Assembly (NCBI GenBank): GCA_041623215.1
Contig: JBFJXH010000004.1
Location: 1-36,696, forward strand
Length of the DNA: 36,696 nucleotides
Source of the DNA: Thermoplasmatota archaeon
GTDB taxonomy: Archaea; Thermoplasmatota; E2; JACPAO01; JAHFTW01
Direction of reading: 5' to 3'
Part shown: positions 26,581-34,874 of the stretch, one piece after another
Layout of the letters: each line of letters starts with the position of its first letter
Position numbering within the stretch: position 1 is the stretch's first letter
The notes under the pieces: generated by a model
The model's input: only the letters and a program-made list of their open reading frames with translations
Databases searched by the model: none
What the model was told of the DNA's origin: nothing
Made by a program: the position numbers and the translations under genes

Positions 26581-26614
26581 ATATATACTTAGCTTCTGTA
26601 TAGTTACGTAACTA
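26581..26614. promoter_or_regulatory. TATA box (ATATATA, 26581-26587) and perfect palindrome TAGTTACGTAACTA (26601-26614)
   Basis: Exact 14-bp inverted repeat in an AT-rich stretch between divergent units. Confidence 0.7.
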
Positions 26615-26700
26615 CGAGGCTATTACAGACTGTGGAGGGGGCAGCTTTCAGGAGCAACCAACAAGCTACAAATAACACAATTTGGCACGTAGTTGTTTCA

Positions 26701-27033
26701 ATGAGTCCCAAGATGCAAGCGCGTCTTGCCCAATTACCGCCTTCAGCCCAGGCCGTGGCCCAGCACCTAGCCACGGGCGAACCCATGACGGGCAAGGAAC
26801 TGCGCGAGGCAACCGGCTTGCCCCGGCGGACCATTTACAGCGCCCTTTGTCGCCTCCGAGAGCTGGGCTGGCTGAAAGAGAGAGCTAGCCTGCAGGACAC
26901 GAGGCAGCGCTACCTGTGGCTGGAGATGGACGAGACTCCCTCGCCGACCATGGCCCCGCCCGCACAGCAGCGCAGCCAACCCCCGTTTAGCGCTTCCACG
27001 CGACGCCATCTTGCCGGCGCCGGCGCTTCCTAG
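26701..27033 (+). CDS. Small winged-helix transcriptional regulator (MarR/TrmB-like, euryarchaeal LPPSA...D[AT]RQ type)
   Basis: LPPSAQAVAQHL..MTGKELREATGLPRRTIYSALCRLRELGWL..SLQDTRQRY; ATG 26701. Confidence 0.82.
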   Translation: MSPKMQARLAQLPPSAQAVAQHLATGEPMTGKELREATGLPRRTIYSALCRLRELGWLKERASLQDTRQRYLWLEMDETPSPTMAPPAQQRSQPPFSASTRRHLAGAGAS

Positions 27034-27100
27034 CCATCTCAAACCTTGCCCGGGAGCGACTCATCAATTCGTGCGACAGGCGGCACGGCTCCCTGGCCGG

Positions 27101-28279
27101 CTAGCCAATGACCATGGCTTCTTGGCGGAAGTCGCCTTCCTCAAACCGCTCGAGCCGGAACGGGCGCAAATCCATCTCCGGGCGCTGGCCGGCAATCAAC
27201 TGGGCACTGAGGCGACCCACCATCGGACTAATCATCATGCCATGACCACTGAAGCCATTGGCCTGCACCAAATTTTGGGGCCCATCGCGCGCCACCCCCA
27301 GGATGGGCTTGGCATCGGGTGTCTTGTCATAGCTGCCGGCCCATTGCCGCAGCACACGAACCGGCCCAAGGTGCGGTAACAAGCGCACAGTCTCCTTGGC
27401 AAAGGTTCGAAGGAAATCGAGGCTGCTGGACCAATCAAGCGATTCCCCGTGCGAAGTCGCTAGACCCCCGACCAATTCCCCGCGCATGTCTTGGTTCACA
27501 TAGTACCCCGACGAAAGATCCACCAACATCGGATTAAGGAACGGCTTCAGGGGTTCGGAGACAAGAATCTCGTGTCGCTCCGGCTTATTGGGCAGCGCGA
27601 CCCCCGCCCAACCAGCCACTTGCTTGGACCAAGCGCCAACAGCGTTCACAACCCAGTCGCAGCCAATGGTTCCTCGGTCGGTCTCGACGTGCGTGATACG
27701 GCTCGCGCCATCGGCCATCCGGACCCCGGTGGCCTTGGTGAACGTGGCCACCTCAACGCCGTGTTTGGTTGCGCCATCCTTGTAACCCCACACAATGGGC
27801 CAGGGGAACAGCACTGCGTCGTCGGGATTGTAGGTCGCCCCAACACAGCCGTCCGTCTGAAGGCCCGGGACGATGCGCTTGGCATCATCGAGGTCAATGA
27901 CGCGCGTTCGCACGCCGTGACGATTTTGGAACACGGCCGCATCCCGCAATTGCCCCAGCTGCGCCTCCGACCGTGTTAGGAAAAGGTAGCCTCCTTGCCG
28001 AAGGAACAAGTTGTGCCCCGTGTCGCCCGCAAACCGCTTGAAGGCGGCGATGGACCGATGGGCAAGAACAATGTTCTCCTCGGTAGTCCATTGGGCACGG
28101 ATTCCTCCGCCATTTCGGCCGGTGGCCCCCTTGACGAGCGAATCTCGGTCGAGGACCAGTACGTCCGTAATCCCAAGCTTTGCCAGATGGTAAGCGACCG
28201 ACAAACCAATGGCACCGCCACCTAGGATCACCACATGGTAGTGGGCCTTGCGTGGCCGGGCAGCCTGTTGCGCAAGCAT
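27101..28279 (-). CDS. FAD-dependent oxidoreductase, sarcosine oxidase beta / dye-linked L-proline dehydrogenase beta-like
   Basis: VVILGGGAIGLSVAYHL, GATGRNGGGIR, RQWAGSYDKTPD..PILG, GFSGHGMMISP. TGATG coupling with the upstream gene. Confidence 0.92.
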   Translation of the reverse strand: MLAQQAARPRKAHYHVVILGGGAIGLSVAYHLAKLGITDVLVLDRDSLVKGATGRNGGGIRAQWTTEENIVLAHRSIAAFKRFAGDTGHNLFLRQGGYLFLTRSEAQLGQLRDAAVFQNRHGVRTRVIDLDDAKRIVPGLQTDGCVGATYNPDDAVLFPWPIVWGYKDGATKHGVEVATFTKATGVRMADGASRITHVETDRGTIGCDWVVNAVGAWSKQVAGWAGVALPNKPERHEILVSEPLKPFLNPMLVDLSSGYYVNQDMRGELVGGLATSHGESLDWSSSLDFLRTFAKETVRLLPHLGPVRVLRQWAGSYDKTPDAKPILGVARDGPQNLVQANGFSGHGMMISPMVGRLSAQLIAGQRPEMDLRPFRLERFEEGDFRQEAMVIG

Positions 28280-28560
28280 CAGCAACTCCCCTCGTCGTCG
28301 GCCGCCAACAGATCAAACGGAATGGGCCGCACCGGGGGCCGAAACGTCATGACATCAATGTCGGCTGGGTCGATGGAGGCGCGGTCCGCGAGGAGCCGGG
28401 TACAGGTCGCAACACAGCTCTTGCCTTGGCAGGGCCCCGTGCCGACACCAAGGAAGCGCTTCAAATCCTCAAAGCAGTCGTAACCTTCCTCGATTGCCCC
28501 CTCAACGTCATGGAGCGTCAAATCTTCGCAGCGGCAAACCATGGTTTTGGGCGCCGTCAT
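28279..28560 (-). CDS. BFD-like [2Fe-2S] subunit (SoxA C-terminal-like)
   Basis: VCRCEDLT...LKRFLGVGTGPCQGKSC...FRPPVRPI. Confidence 0.9.
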   Translation of the reverse strand: MTAPKTMVCRCEDLTLHDVEGAIEEGYDCFEDLKRFLGVGTGPCQGKSCVATCTRLLADRASIDPADIDVMTFRPPVRPIPFDLLAADDEGSC

Positions 28561-29792
28561 GAGGCAATGCCCCCGGCCGGCGTAAAGGCAGCGTGCAGCC
28601 CACGGACCGTGGTCTGATGACCATCCACCAACAGCGGCATCAGGCCACCTTCCGGATCGTCAAAGCTGAGTTGAGCGCCCGCCTGTTGCAGTAGCTCGAT
28701 GCGTGGCTGCCCGACACCACCGCACACGATGGTGTCGCACGGGACGCGCTTGCCATCGACCGTGGCCGCCTCTACGGCGTTGCCACCATGTGCCCTCGTC
28801 ACCATTCCCGATGCCACGATGGTGCCGCCGTGGCGTTCAACGACGTGGACAAACGCCTCGGGCGCCTCGCCGTGAACCACAATGGCCCGGCCAGGAACAA
28901 CGCCATGCTCCCCCACAAGCCGCCAAGCGCCATCCAGACTGAGCACGCCGGGCAGGTCATTGTTGACAAACAGGGGCCATGCGTCATGACGCCCCGTCGC
29001 CACCGTCACCCGGCTCGCGTGGACCTCGACAAGGTCCGCTCCGTGGGCGACGCCAACAACGTCGCCATAGTGGCCGAAGGCCAAAGCATCCAGCCATAAC
29101 TCCACGTGTGGACTGGCCTGGACAGTTGCCAGGTCGGCATCGGTTTCCGGCTCAGTCCGCCAGCGTGCCGTGCCCCCTGGGGCCATTCGTTCGTCGATGA
29201 CGATGACCGAACGGCCCTTGGCCGCAGCCTCGGCCGCCCTTGCGAGGCCATTCGATCCGCTGCCAATCACCAGTTCGTCCACCGCGACACTCCGACGCTG
29301 CCCGCGCGGACTTTTGTCCAACACCTCGGTGGGTGCCCGACCCGATCCCGACATGAACCGCACGGACTTCATGAAGGCCGCATTGAGAAGTCTGGGCCGG
29401 GTGAAGGCACCGTGCGGGTCGAAGCCGCGGCGATACACCTTGTCCACGATGGCAAGGGCATCACGCTTGGCGCCCCCGAGCGTATTCTGGGACGTTGCCT
29501 GGGCCCCACTGTCAGCGAGCGTCATGCAAGCAGGCACGGAAGGAACGCCATCCACGTCAATGAAGCACCCCGCACATCCGCCCGAATTGCAATACAGGCC
29601 GCGTGGCCGATGATACTTGAAGGAACGCGAGAGCACGCGGTGTCCAGCCCGGTGCAGGGCGCTGGCGTAGGTGTCCCCGGGACGAATTGGGACCTCCTGG
29701 CCGTCGAAGTGGAAGGAGCCAGCTGCTGACAACGGGGGCGGCAGGGGCGCGCCGGTTGAAACCTTCGCCGCGCTACGCCCAGCCGCGCTCAC
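28557..29792 (-). CDS. Sarcosine oxidase/proline dehydrogenase alpha-like subunit (Fer2_4 plus Rossmann fold)
   Basis: GDTYASAL...SRSFKYHRPRGLYC..G.C..C..VDG...AC, VIGSGSNGL and F.NNDLPGV. Confidence 0.88.
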   Translation of the reverse strand: MSAAGRSAAKVSTGAPLPPPLSAAGSFHFDGQEVPIRPGDTYASALHRAGHRVLSRSFKYHRPRGLYCNSGGCAGCFIDVDGVPSVPACMTLADSGAQATSQNTLGGAKRDALAIVDKVYRRGFDPHGAFTRPRLLNAAFMKSVRFMSGSGRAPTEVLDKSPRGQRRSVAVDELVIGSGSNGLARAAEAAAKGRSVIVIDERMAPGGTARWRTEPETDADLATVQASPHVELWLDALAFGHYGDVVGVAHGADLVEVHASRVTVATGRHDAWPLFVNNDLPGVLSLDGAWRLVGEHGVVPGRAIVVHGEAPEAFVHVVERHGGTIVASGMVTRAHGGNAVEAATVDGKRVPCDTIVCGGVGQPRIELLQQAGAQLSFDDPEGGLMPLLVDGHQTTVRGLHAAFTPAGGIAS

Positions 29793-30120
29793 GAAGCTCA
29801 GGCCCGATTCGCCCCGTCAGCGTCCGCCACCATAGGACAAAATCACTGGCAAAGGAGCGCAAAGGATACTTGAACGTCGCCGGGCGATTCTTCTCGAAGA
29901 CAAAGTGCCCAATCCAGGCAAACAGGTAGCCGGTTGCCAAGCCCGCGAGCAGGAACCACGGCGAGACGAGGACCGCAGGCACCAGCCACAGGAGTGCCAG
30001 GGTCGTTCCCGTCACGTGCAGAGCACGATTACGCGGATTGCGGTGCTCGTACAGGTAGAACGGCCAGAATCCTGCCAGTCCCGGTTCGACGGCTGGCGGG
30101 GCGTCCAATGCATCCTTCAT
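29773..30120 (-). CDS. DUF962/Mpo1-like membrane protein
   Basis: FWPFYLYEHRNPRNRALHVTGT and GYLFAWIGHFVFEKNRPATFKYP. Confidence 0.88.
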   Translation of the reverse strand: MKDALDAPPAVEPGLAGFWPFYLYEHRNPRNRALHVTGTTLALLWLVPAVLVSPWFLLAGLATGYLFAWIGHFVFEKNRPATFKYPLRSFASDFVLWWRTLTGRIGPELRERGWA

Positions 30121-30161
30121 GCAAACGGGAGCGCCGGCACACCAATTGGACGTTCCGGGCG

Positions 30162-30524
30162 CTATTCCAGGTCCATTTCGGCGAGGCGCCGCTCGCGATA
30201 GACGACCTGGCGTGCGACGGCTAGGCTGATGGATTCATCGCGGTCAAGGACCCAGTCCGTGTACTTCTTGGCAGACCACAGGTCGCCGCTTCGCACGTGC
30301 TTGGCCAGCAATTCGCGAAGCGCTACGGTGCTGGGCCGTGGTTTGCGGCCGCGCTTGCCGCTGCCGGGGGCTGTCGGCGTTGAAGGTTTTCGGACGCCCT
30401 TGGGCAAGACAGGAACAAAGCTGATTCCCTTGCCGTAAGGGCCTGGTTGGACACGCATGGACGTACCGTCAGGAAGGTTTAGCAAGACTTTCCCGGTGAC
30501 CTCGATGGTCGTTTCGCTCGGCAT
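30162..30524 (-). CDS. Hypothetical basic protein with an AT-hook-like KRGRKPR motif
   Basis: ATG 30524 lies about 25 nt downstream of a TTTTTA box. Beta-rich N-terminus, Pro/Lys linker, helical C-terminus. Confidence 0.7.
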   Translation of the reverse strand: MPSETTIEVTGKVLLNLPDGTSMRVQPGPYGKGISFVPVLPKGVRKPSTPTAPGSGKRGRKPRPSTVALRELLAKHVRSGDLWSAKKYTDWVLDRDESISLAVARQVVYRERRLAEMDLE

Positions 30525-30959
30525 CGCGCGCTCGACCCAGGCACTCTCTAAAAACCATTCCTTCGCGGCCACTTCATTTGTATTTCAACAGATAAGAAAA
30601 GCAATTAATTCGGTTGCACACTCATGGGCTTCTGGTGAGCAAGTATGCCTTGCAGGCTGGCGGTCGCGACCCGTAGGGCCCCCCTCAGCACTCCTGCGAG
30701 CCATCCACGACGTGGTGCGACGAGCATGGACCTCTTACGCCCACACCAGCTTTCACTTGGCCAAGCCACCCGGTATGCGCTGACGCGCCGGCCCCGACCC
30801 GAAATCGGTGGTCTGGGCCTGCGCTCCATTGCGACAGAATCCATGCAAGAATTGGACGCCCCTCCACGGCCCTGTCAAGGCCCTACCGAGGCCTTTCCCG
30901 GGGCCAGATTTGATGCGAAGCAGCGCGACGTTAGGTGGCCCCAGGATGTTGGCGCAGGA

Positions 30960-31766
30960 TTACCGCTGGCAACCGGGGCAATAGAATGTGGAGCGGCCCG
31001 CCTGAACAATCCGCCGCACCTCGGCACTGCATCGGCTGCAAGCTTCTCCGGCCCGCTGGAACACACCCACATCAAACAGAAACGAACCCTGGCGGCCAAT
31101 CGAATCGACATAGTCATTGAAGGACGTGCCCCCAGCAGCCAGCGAATCGCGCAGAACTTCGACAATGGCGTTCCGCAGCGGTTTGACCTTGCCGGCCGGC
31201 GTATTCTTGGCCAAGCGGCGTGGACTAAGGCCGGCTCGCCACAGCGCTTCGCACGCGTAGATATTCCCCAAGCCCGCAACTTTGGTTTGGTCCAGCAGGA
31301 AGGCCTTCAGGGGTGCCTTGCTGCCCGTCAGGAGACCGGCAAGGTGCGCAGCCGTGAAGGCGGGGTCCAAGGCATCAATGCCATAATGGGCTGCGTCGGC
31401 CGGCGAATCGTCCGGCGCGTGCAAGGCCAACCACCCAAACCGACGTGGGTCTGAGTAGGATAACTTCACCCCGTCATCTAGCAGCAGAACCAGGTGTGTG
31501 TGGCTTGGTTCCGGATCGGCGTCAAAGAGCCATTTCCCCGTCATGCCCAGATGGCTCACTAGTACGGAGCCGCTAGCCAAGTCAATGAACATCACCTTCG
31601 CGTGCCGGCGCACGCCGACCACGCGCTCATCGGCCAGGTAGGCCAGGGGCATCGGCGATGGCTTTCGCAGTGGCCCGCCACGCCACTGCACGGCTCTGAT
31701 GGTGCGCCCTACCAGGCGATGTTCGAGACCGCGTCGAATGGTCTCAACCTCAGGAAGCTCGGGCAC
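30960..31766 (-). CDS. mutM: Formamidopyrimidine-DNA glycosylase Fpg/MutM
   Basis: Catalytic N-terminus (M)PELPEVETI from GTG 31766, HLGMTG, DPRRFG, LLDQTKVAGLGNIYACEAL and a C-terminal C4 Zn finger (..GRSTFYCPGCQ). Confidence 0.96.
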   Translation of the reverse strand: MPELPEVETIRRGLEHRLVGRTIRAVQWRGGPLRKPSPMPLAYLADERVVGVRRHAKVMFIDLASGSVLVSHLGMTGKWLFDADPEPSHTHLVLLLDDGVKLSYSDPRRFGWLALHAPDDSPADAAHYGIDALDPAFTAAHLAGLLTGSKAPLKAFLLDQTKVAGLGNIYACEALWRAGLSPRRLAKNTPAGKVKPLRNAIVEVLRDSLAAGGTSFNDYVDSIGRQGSFLFDVGVFQRAGEACSRCSAEVRRIVQAGRSTFYCPGCQR

Positions 31767-31999
31767 AACCGTGGCACGCCAGGGCAACGAAAAGCCGTTG
31801 CAGAAGTTCGGCCGGCATGGGCGCATTTGGCTGGCGACGGGTTGCCCAGCCCCCACCACCTTTCAAAACGTGCCCGCGCCGCCACCCGCGCGTCGACCCA
31901 GCGCAATCATGGGGCCTTGTCCTCTAGGGGGCCAGCCGGCCCACCGCCCCTCACCCCCCGCCGCGTGGCACCTTGTAGCGACGCATGTAATGCAGGGCC

Positions 32000-33241
32000 A
32001 TGAGTGTCAAGACTAGGTCCCCCAAAGCCGCCACGACCTTGAGCAGCGAAACGGCGGATATGGAGCTGGAGGATATTCTGGCGGTGGCCAGGCGGCTCGC
32101 CGACACCGTGGTGCGCGAAGAGACCCTGTCGAGCGACGCAGAGGCCCGCTGGCCAGCGCAATCCTTTGCCGCCATCCAGAAGCGCGGCCTGGCGGGCCTT
32201 GTTGTCCCCAAGGAACACGGGGGATTAGGTCAAGGATTGACCGGATTGATTCGCGTCTGCGAAGTGTTCGGCCGAGAGTCCGCGTCGTTTGCCATCTCCT
32301 ATGGCATGCATTGCGTGGGCAGCGCCGTCATCGCCGCCAAGGCGCGGCGCGGCATCCAAACCGACCTGTTGCAGAGCATCGCTGCCGGCGAACACATTAC
32401 CACGCTGGCCCTATCCGAGCCAGGCACCGGCGTCCACTTCTACTTCCCGGAATCCACCCTTTCGCCCGTGCTTGATGGCGGCGGTGGGGAGTGGCGGGTC
32501 AAGGGACAGAAGAGCTTCGTAACCAACGGCGGCGAGGCAGACAGCTACGTGGTTTCGACCATGATTGCGCCGCAATCGGGCAACCACGTGACGGGCGGCG
32601 AGCCGGGCCTGTTCTCCATGGTTCTCGTGCCGTCGGAGGCAGACGGCCTGCGATGGGGCGAACCCTACAACGGCATGGGCATGCGCGGCAACTCCGCGCG
32701 GTCAGCACACCTCAACGACGTTCGTCTCGCCGACGACCTCGTTCTGGGTGAGCACGGCGACCAGATTTGGTACGTTTTCAATGTCGTTGCCCCGTTCTTT
32801 CTGGCCGCCATGGCAGGCACCTATCTCGGCATTGCCGGCCGGGCGCTCGACGAGGGCACCCAGCACGTTCAGGCGCGAACCTACGCCCACAATGGTGCCG
32901 GGCTCTCGGACTCCGCCGTCGTTCAGCATCGCATTGGTAGCTTGTGGGCCATGGTGGAACGCACGCGCCGACTCGTGTACTGGGCGGCCGACGAGGGCGA
33001 TATCGGCGGGCCGGACGCCCTGCCAGGTCTTTGTTCCGCCAAGGCCGAAGTGGGAGATTGCGCCGTGCAAGTGGTCAACGAAGTGATGACCCTCATGGGC
33101 GGGGTAGCCTACCGCGACAACGCTCTGCTGCCCAGGCTGCTGCGAGACGCACGGGCTGTTCACGTCATGGCGCCGACCACGGATTTGCTTCGCACCTGGA
33201 CCGGACGCGCTCTGCTGGGCGTCCCCATTTTGGGGGAATAG
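32000..33241 (+). CDS. Acyl-CoA dehydrogenase-fold flavoprotein with an atypical active site
   Basis: LVVPKEHGGLG, TLALSEPGTG, VKGQKSFVTNG, GMRGN, VMTLMGGVAY, RLLRDARA. Alternative start ATG 32060. Confidence 0.9.
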   Translation: MSVKTRSPKAATTLSSETADMELEDILAVARRLADTVVREETLSSDAEARWPAQSFAAIQKRGLAGLVVPKEHGGLGQGLTGLIRVCEVFGRESASFAISYGMHCVGSAVIAAKARRGIQTDLLQSIAAGEHITTLALSEPGTGVHFYFPESTLSPVLDGGGGEWRVKGQKSFVTNGGEADSYVVSTMIAPQSGNHVTGGEPGLFSMVLVPSEADGLRWGEPYNGMGMRGNSARSAHLNDVRLADDLVLGEHGDQIWYVFNVVAPFFLAAMAGTYLGIAGRALDEGTQHVQARTYAHNGAGLSDSAVVQHRIGSLWAMVERTRRLVYWAADEGDIGGPDALPGLCSAKAEVGDCAVQVVNEVMTLMGGVAYRDNALLPRLLRDARAVHVMAPTTDLLRTWTGRALLGVPILGE

Positions 33242-33245
33242 CACG

Positions 33246-34820
33246 ATGCACGTGTGCACCCTTGATTTGCCACCAGCCCTCGAGGCTCAAATCAACGACG
33301 CACTCAATCACGTGGTCGTAGGCGCCAAGCGAGTACACGACCCGCGGAAGGCGGACGTCATCATCACCGCCGCCAATCGTCGCACGCCGGAGGGCCTTGG
33401 CCGCATGCTGATTGGCAGCCAAACCAAGCCCCATATCCTCTTCATTTGCCCACGCGACGGCGTCCGGGCGCACCAGCAAGCTGCACTCACGGCGCCGGCG
33501 CTCCCTTCGACCGTTTACTTTGTTGCCGAAGGTCCTGGCGCACTCGATGCGGCAAGCAACCTAGTCCGGCGGGCGGCGCGCCGCGATCGTCTCCGCATGG
33601 CCGCTGGCTCAGACTTGCACGGGCCTGTCCCACGCAGACCCATGAATCGCCCCCCCGGCGGACGCTTATCGCACATGGCCGCCTCGCCACGCCACACGCG
33701 CCTGGCCGCCATGCATGCGGAATTGGAACACGCCCAGGCGCAAGCAAAGCTCGGCAGCTGGACATTTCACTTGGAGGACGGCACATGGGAGTGTTCAACG
33801 CAGACCCGTCGCATCCTCGGCCTCGACATTGACGCCCCGCTGACGGAAAGCGCCTACCTGTCCGCCACGCACCCGGACGACCGCGAGCGCGTTGGCACCA
33901 CCCTGAAGGCTGTCATCGCAGGGCGTCGAACACGATGGACGCATCGGCTGCATCCCAACCGGGGTGCCACGCCCGTGGTCGCCTTGCACGCGCGACCCGT
34001 TCTGGGACCTGACGGCGCAACCTTGCATGTCAAAGGAACAATTCAGGATGTGACTGAACTCATCGCGCAGAAGCAGCGAATCCAGGAAGTAGCGCGACAA
34101 TCCAAAGAAAAAGAGCGCTTCATTCAAACAATGGCTCACGAGCTTAACACGCCCCTGACCGCCATTCGCATGCAACTGGCGGTCGCGCAAAAGGTGGCCG
34201 CCATCGAGGGAGGGCCAAGAATTGACCGCTCCCTCACGGTCGTTGACCGAAACTTCCAGCGCCTGGAGGCACTCATGCAGGACCTGCTTGACGGCATGCG
34301 CCTGGAGGAAGGTCGCCTGCCCATTGTCCTTGGCCCAGTCCGGCTCGACCGCCTAGTTCGGCAGTGCGCCGAGGATATGGCCGAGGTTGCAGCCGGAGCC
34401 AAAGTTGCCCTTGACGTCAGGGCAAGCCCCGGCGACTACTGCATGAAGGGAGACGCACGCCGCCTCATGCAAGTATTGCACAATCTGCTTGGCAACGCCG
34501 TCAAATACGGCCGCGAGGGCGGGCACGTGACGGTAGTCTTGCAGCGCGAAGGCGGACGCATCAAAATGGAAGTGCGGGACGACGGGATTGGCATCCAACC
34601 AGAGGCTCACGAGCGCCTGTTCCAACCGTTTAGTCGCGTTCACGACGAGTCTACTCATTGCGCCGACGGATCTGGCCTCGGCCTCTTCATTTGCAAGGGC
34701 ATCATTGAAGGCCACAAAGGAACCCTCACCGCTCGAAGCGACGGTGTCGGCTGCGGCTCCACATTCGAAGTGCTGCTACCCGTAACCGACGATGGGCGGC
34801 CTCCCACCTGCCCCACGTGA
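33246..34820 (+). CDS. Soluble PAS-domain sensor histidine kinase with a degenerate N-terminal alpha/beta (receiver-like) domain
   Basis: PAS_3-type GSW...HPDDRERV...GTIQDVTE; H-box AHELNTPL; N-box NLLGNAVKY; G1 DDGIGI; F-box LFQPF; G2 GSGLGL. Confidence 0.93.
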   Translation: MHVCTLDLPPALEAQINDALNHVVVGAKRVHDPRKADVIITAANRRTPEGLGRMLIGSQTKPHILFICPRDGVRAHQQAALTAPALPSTVYFVAEGPGALDAASNLVRRAARRDRLRMAAGSDLHGPVPRRPMNRPPGGRLSHMAASPRHTRLAAMHAELEHAQAQAKLGSWTFHLEDGTWECSTQTRRILGLDIDAPLTESAYLSATHPDDRERVGTTLKAVIAGRRTRWTHRLHPNRGATPVVALHARPVLGPDGATLHVKGTIQDVTELIAQKQRIQEVARQSKEKERFIQTMAHELNTPLTAIRMQLAVAQKVAAIEGGPRIDRSLTVVDRNFQRLEALMQDLLDGMRLEEGRLPIVLGPVRLDRLVRQCAEDMAEVAAGAKVALDVRASPGDYCMKGDARRLMQVLHNLLGNAVKYGREGGHVTVVLQREGGRIKMEVRDDGIGIQPEAHERLFQPFSRVHDESTHCADGSGLGLFICKGIIEGHKGTLTARSDGVGCGSTFEVLLPVTDDGRPPTCPT

Positions 34821-34874
34821 CCAAGTGCCCCCTGCGGCCCCGTTGCTTTTGAATCCCGCTTCGGTGCGCGCACC

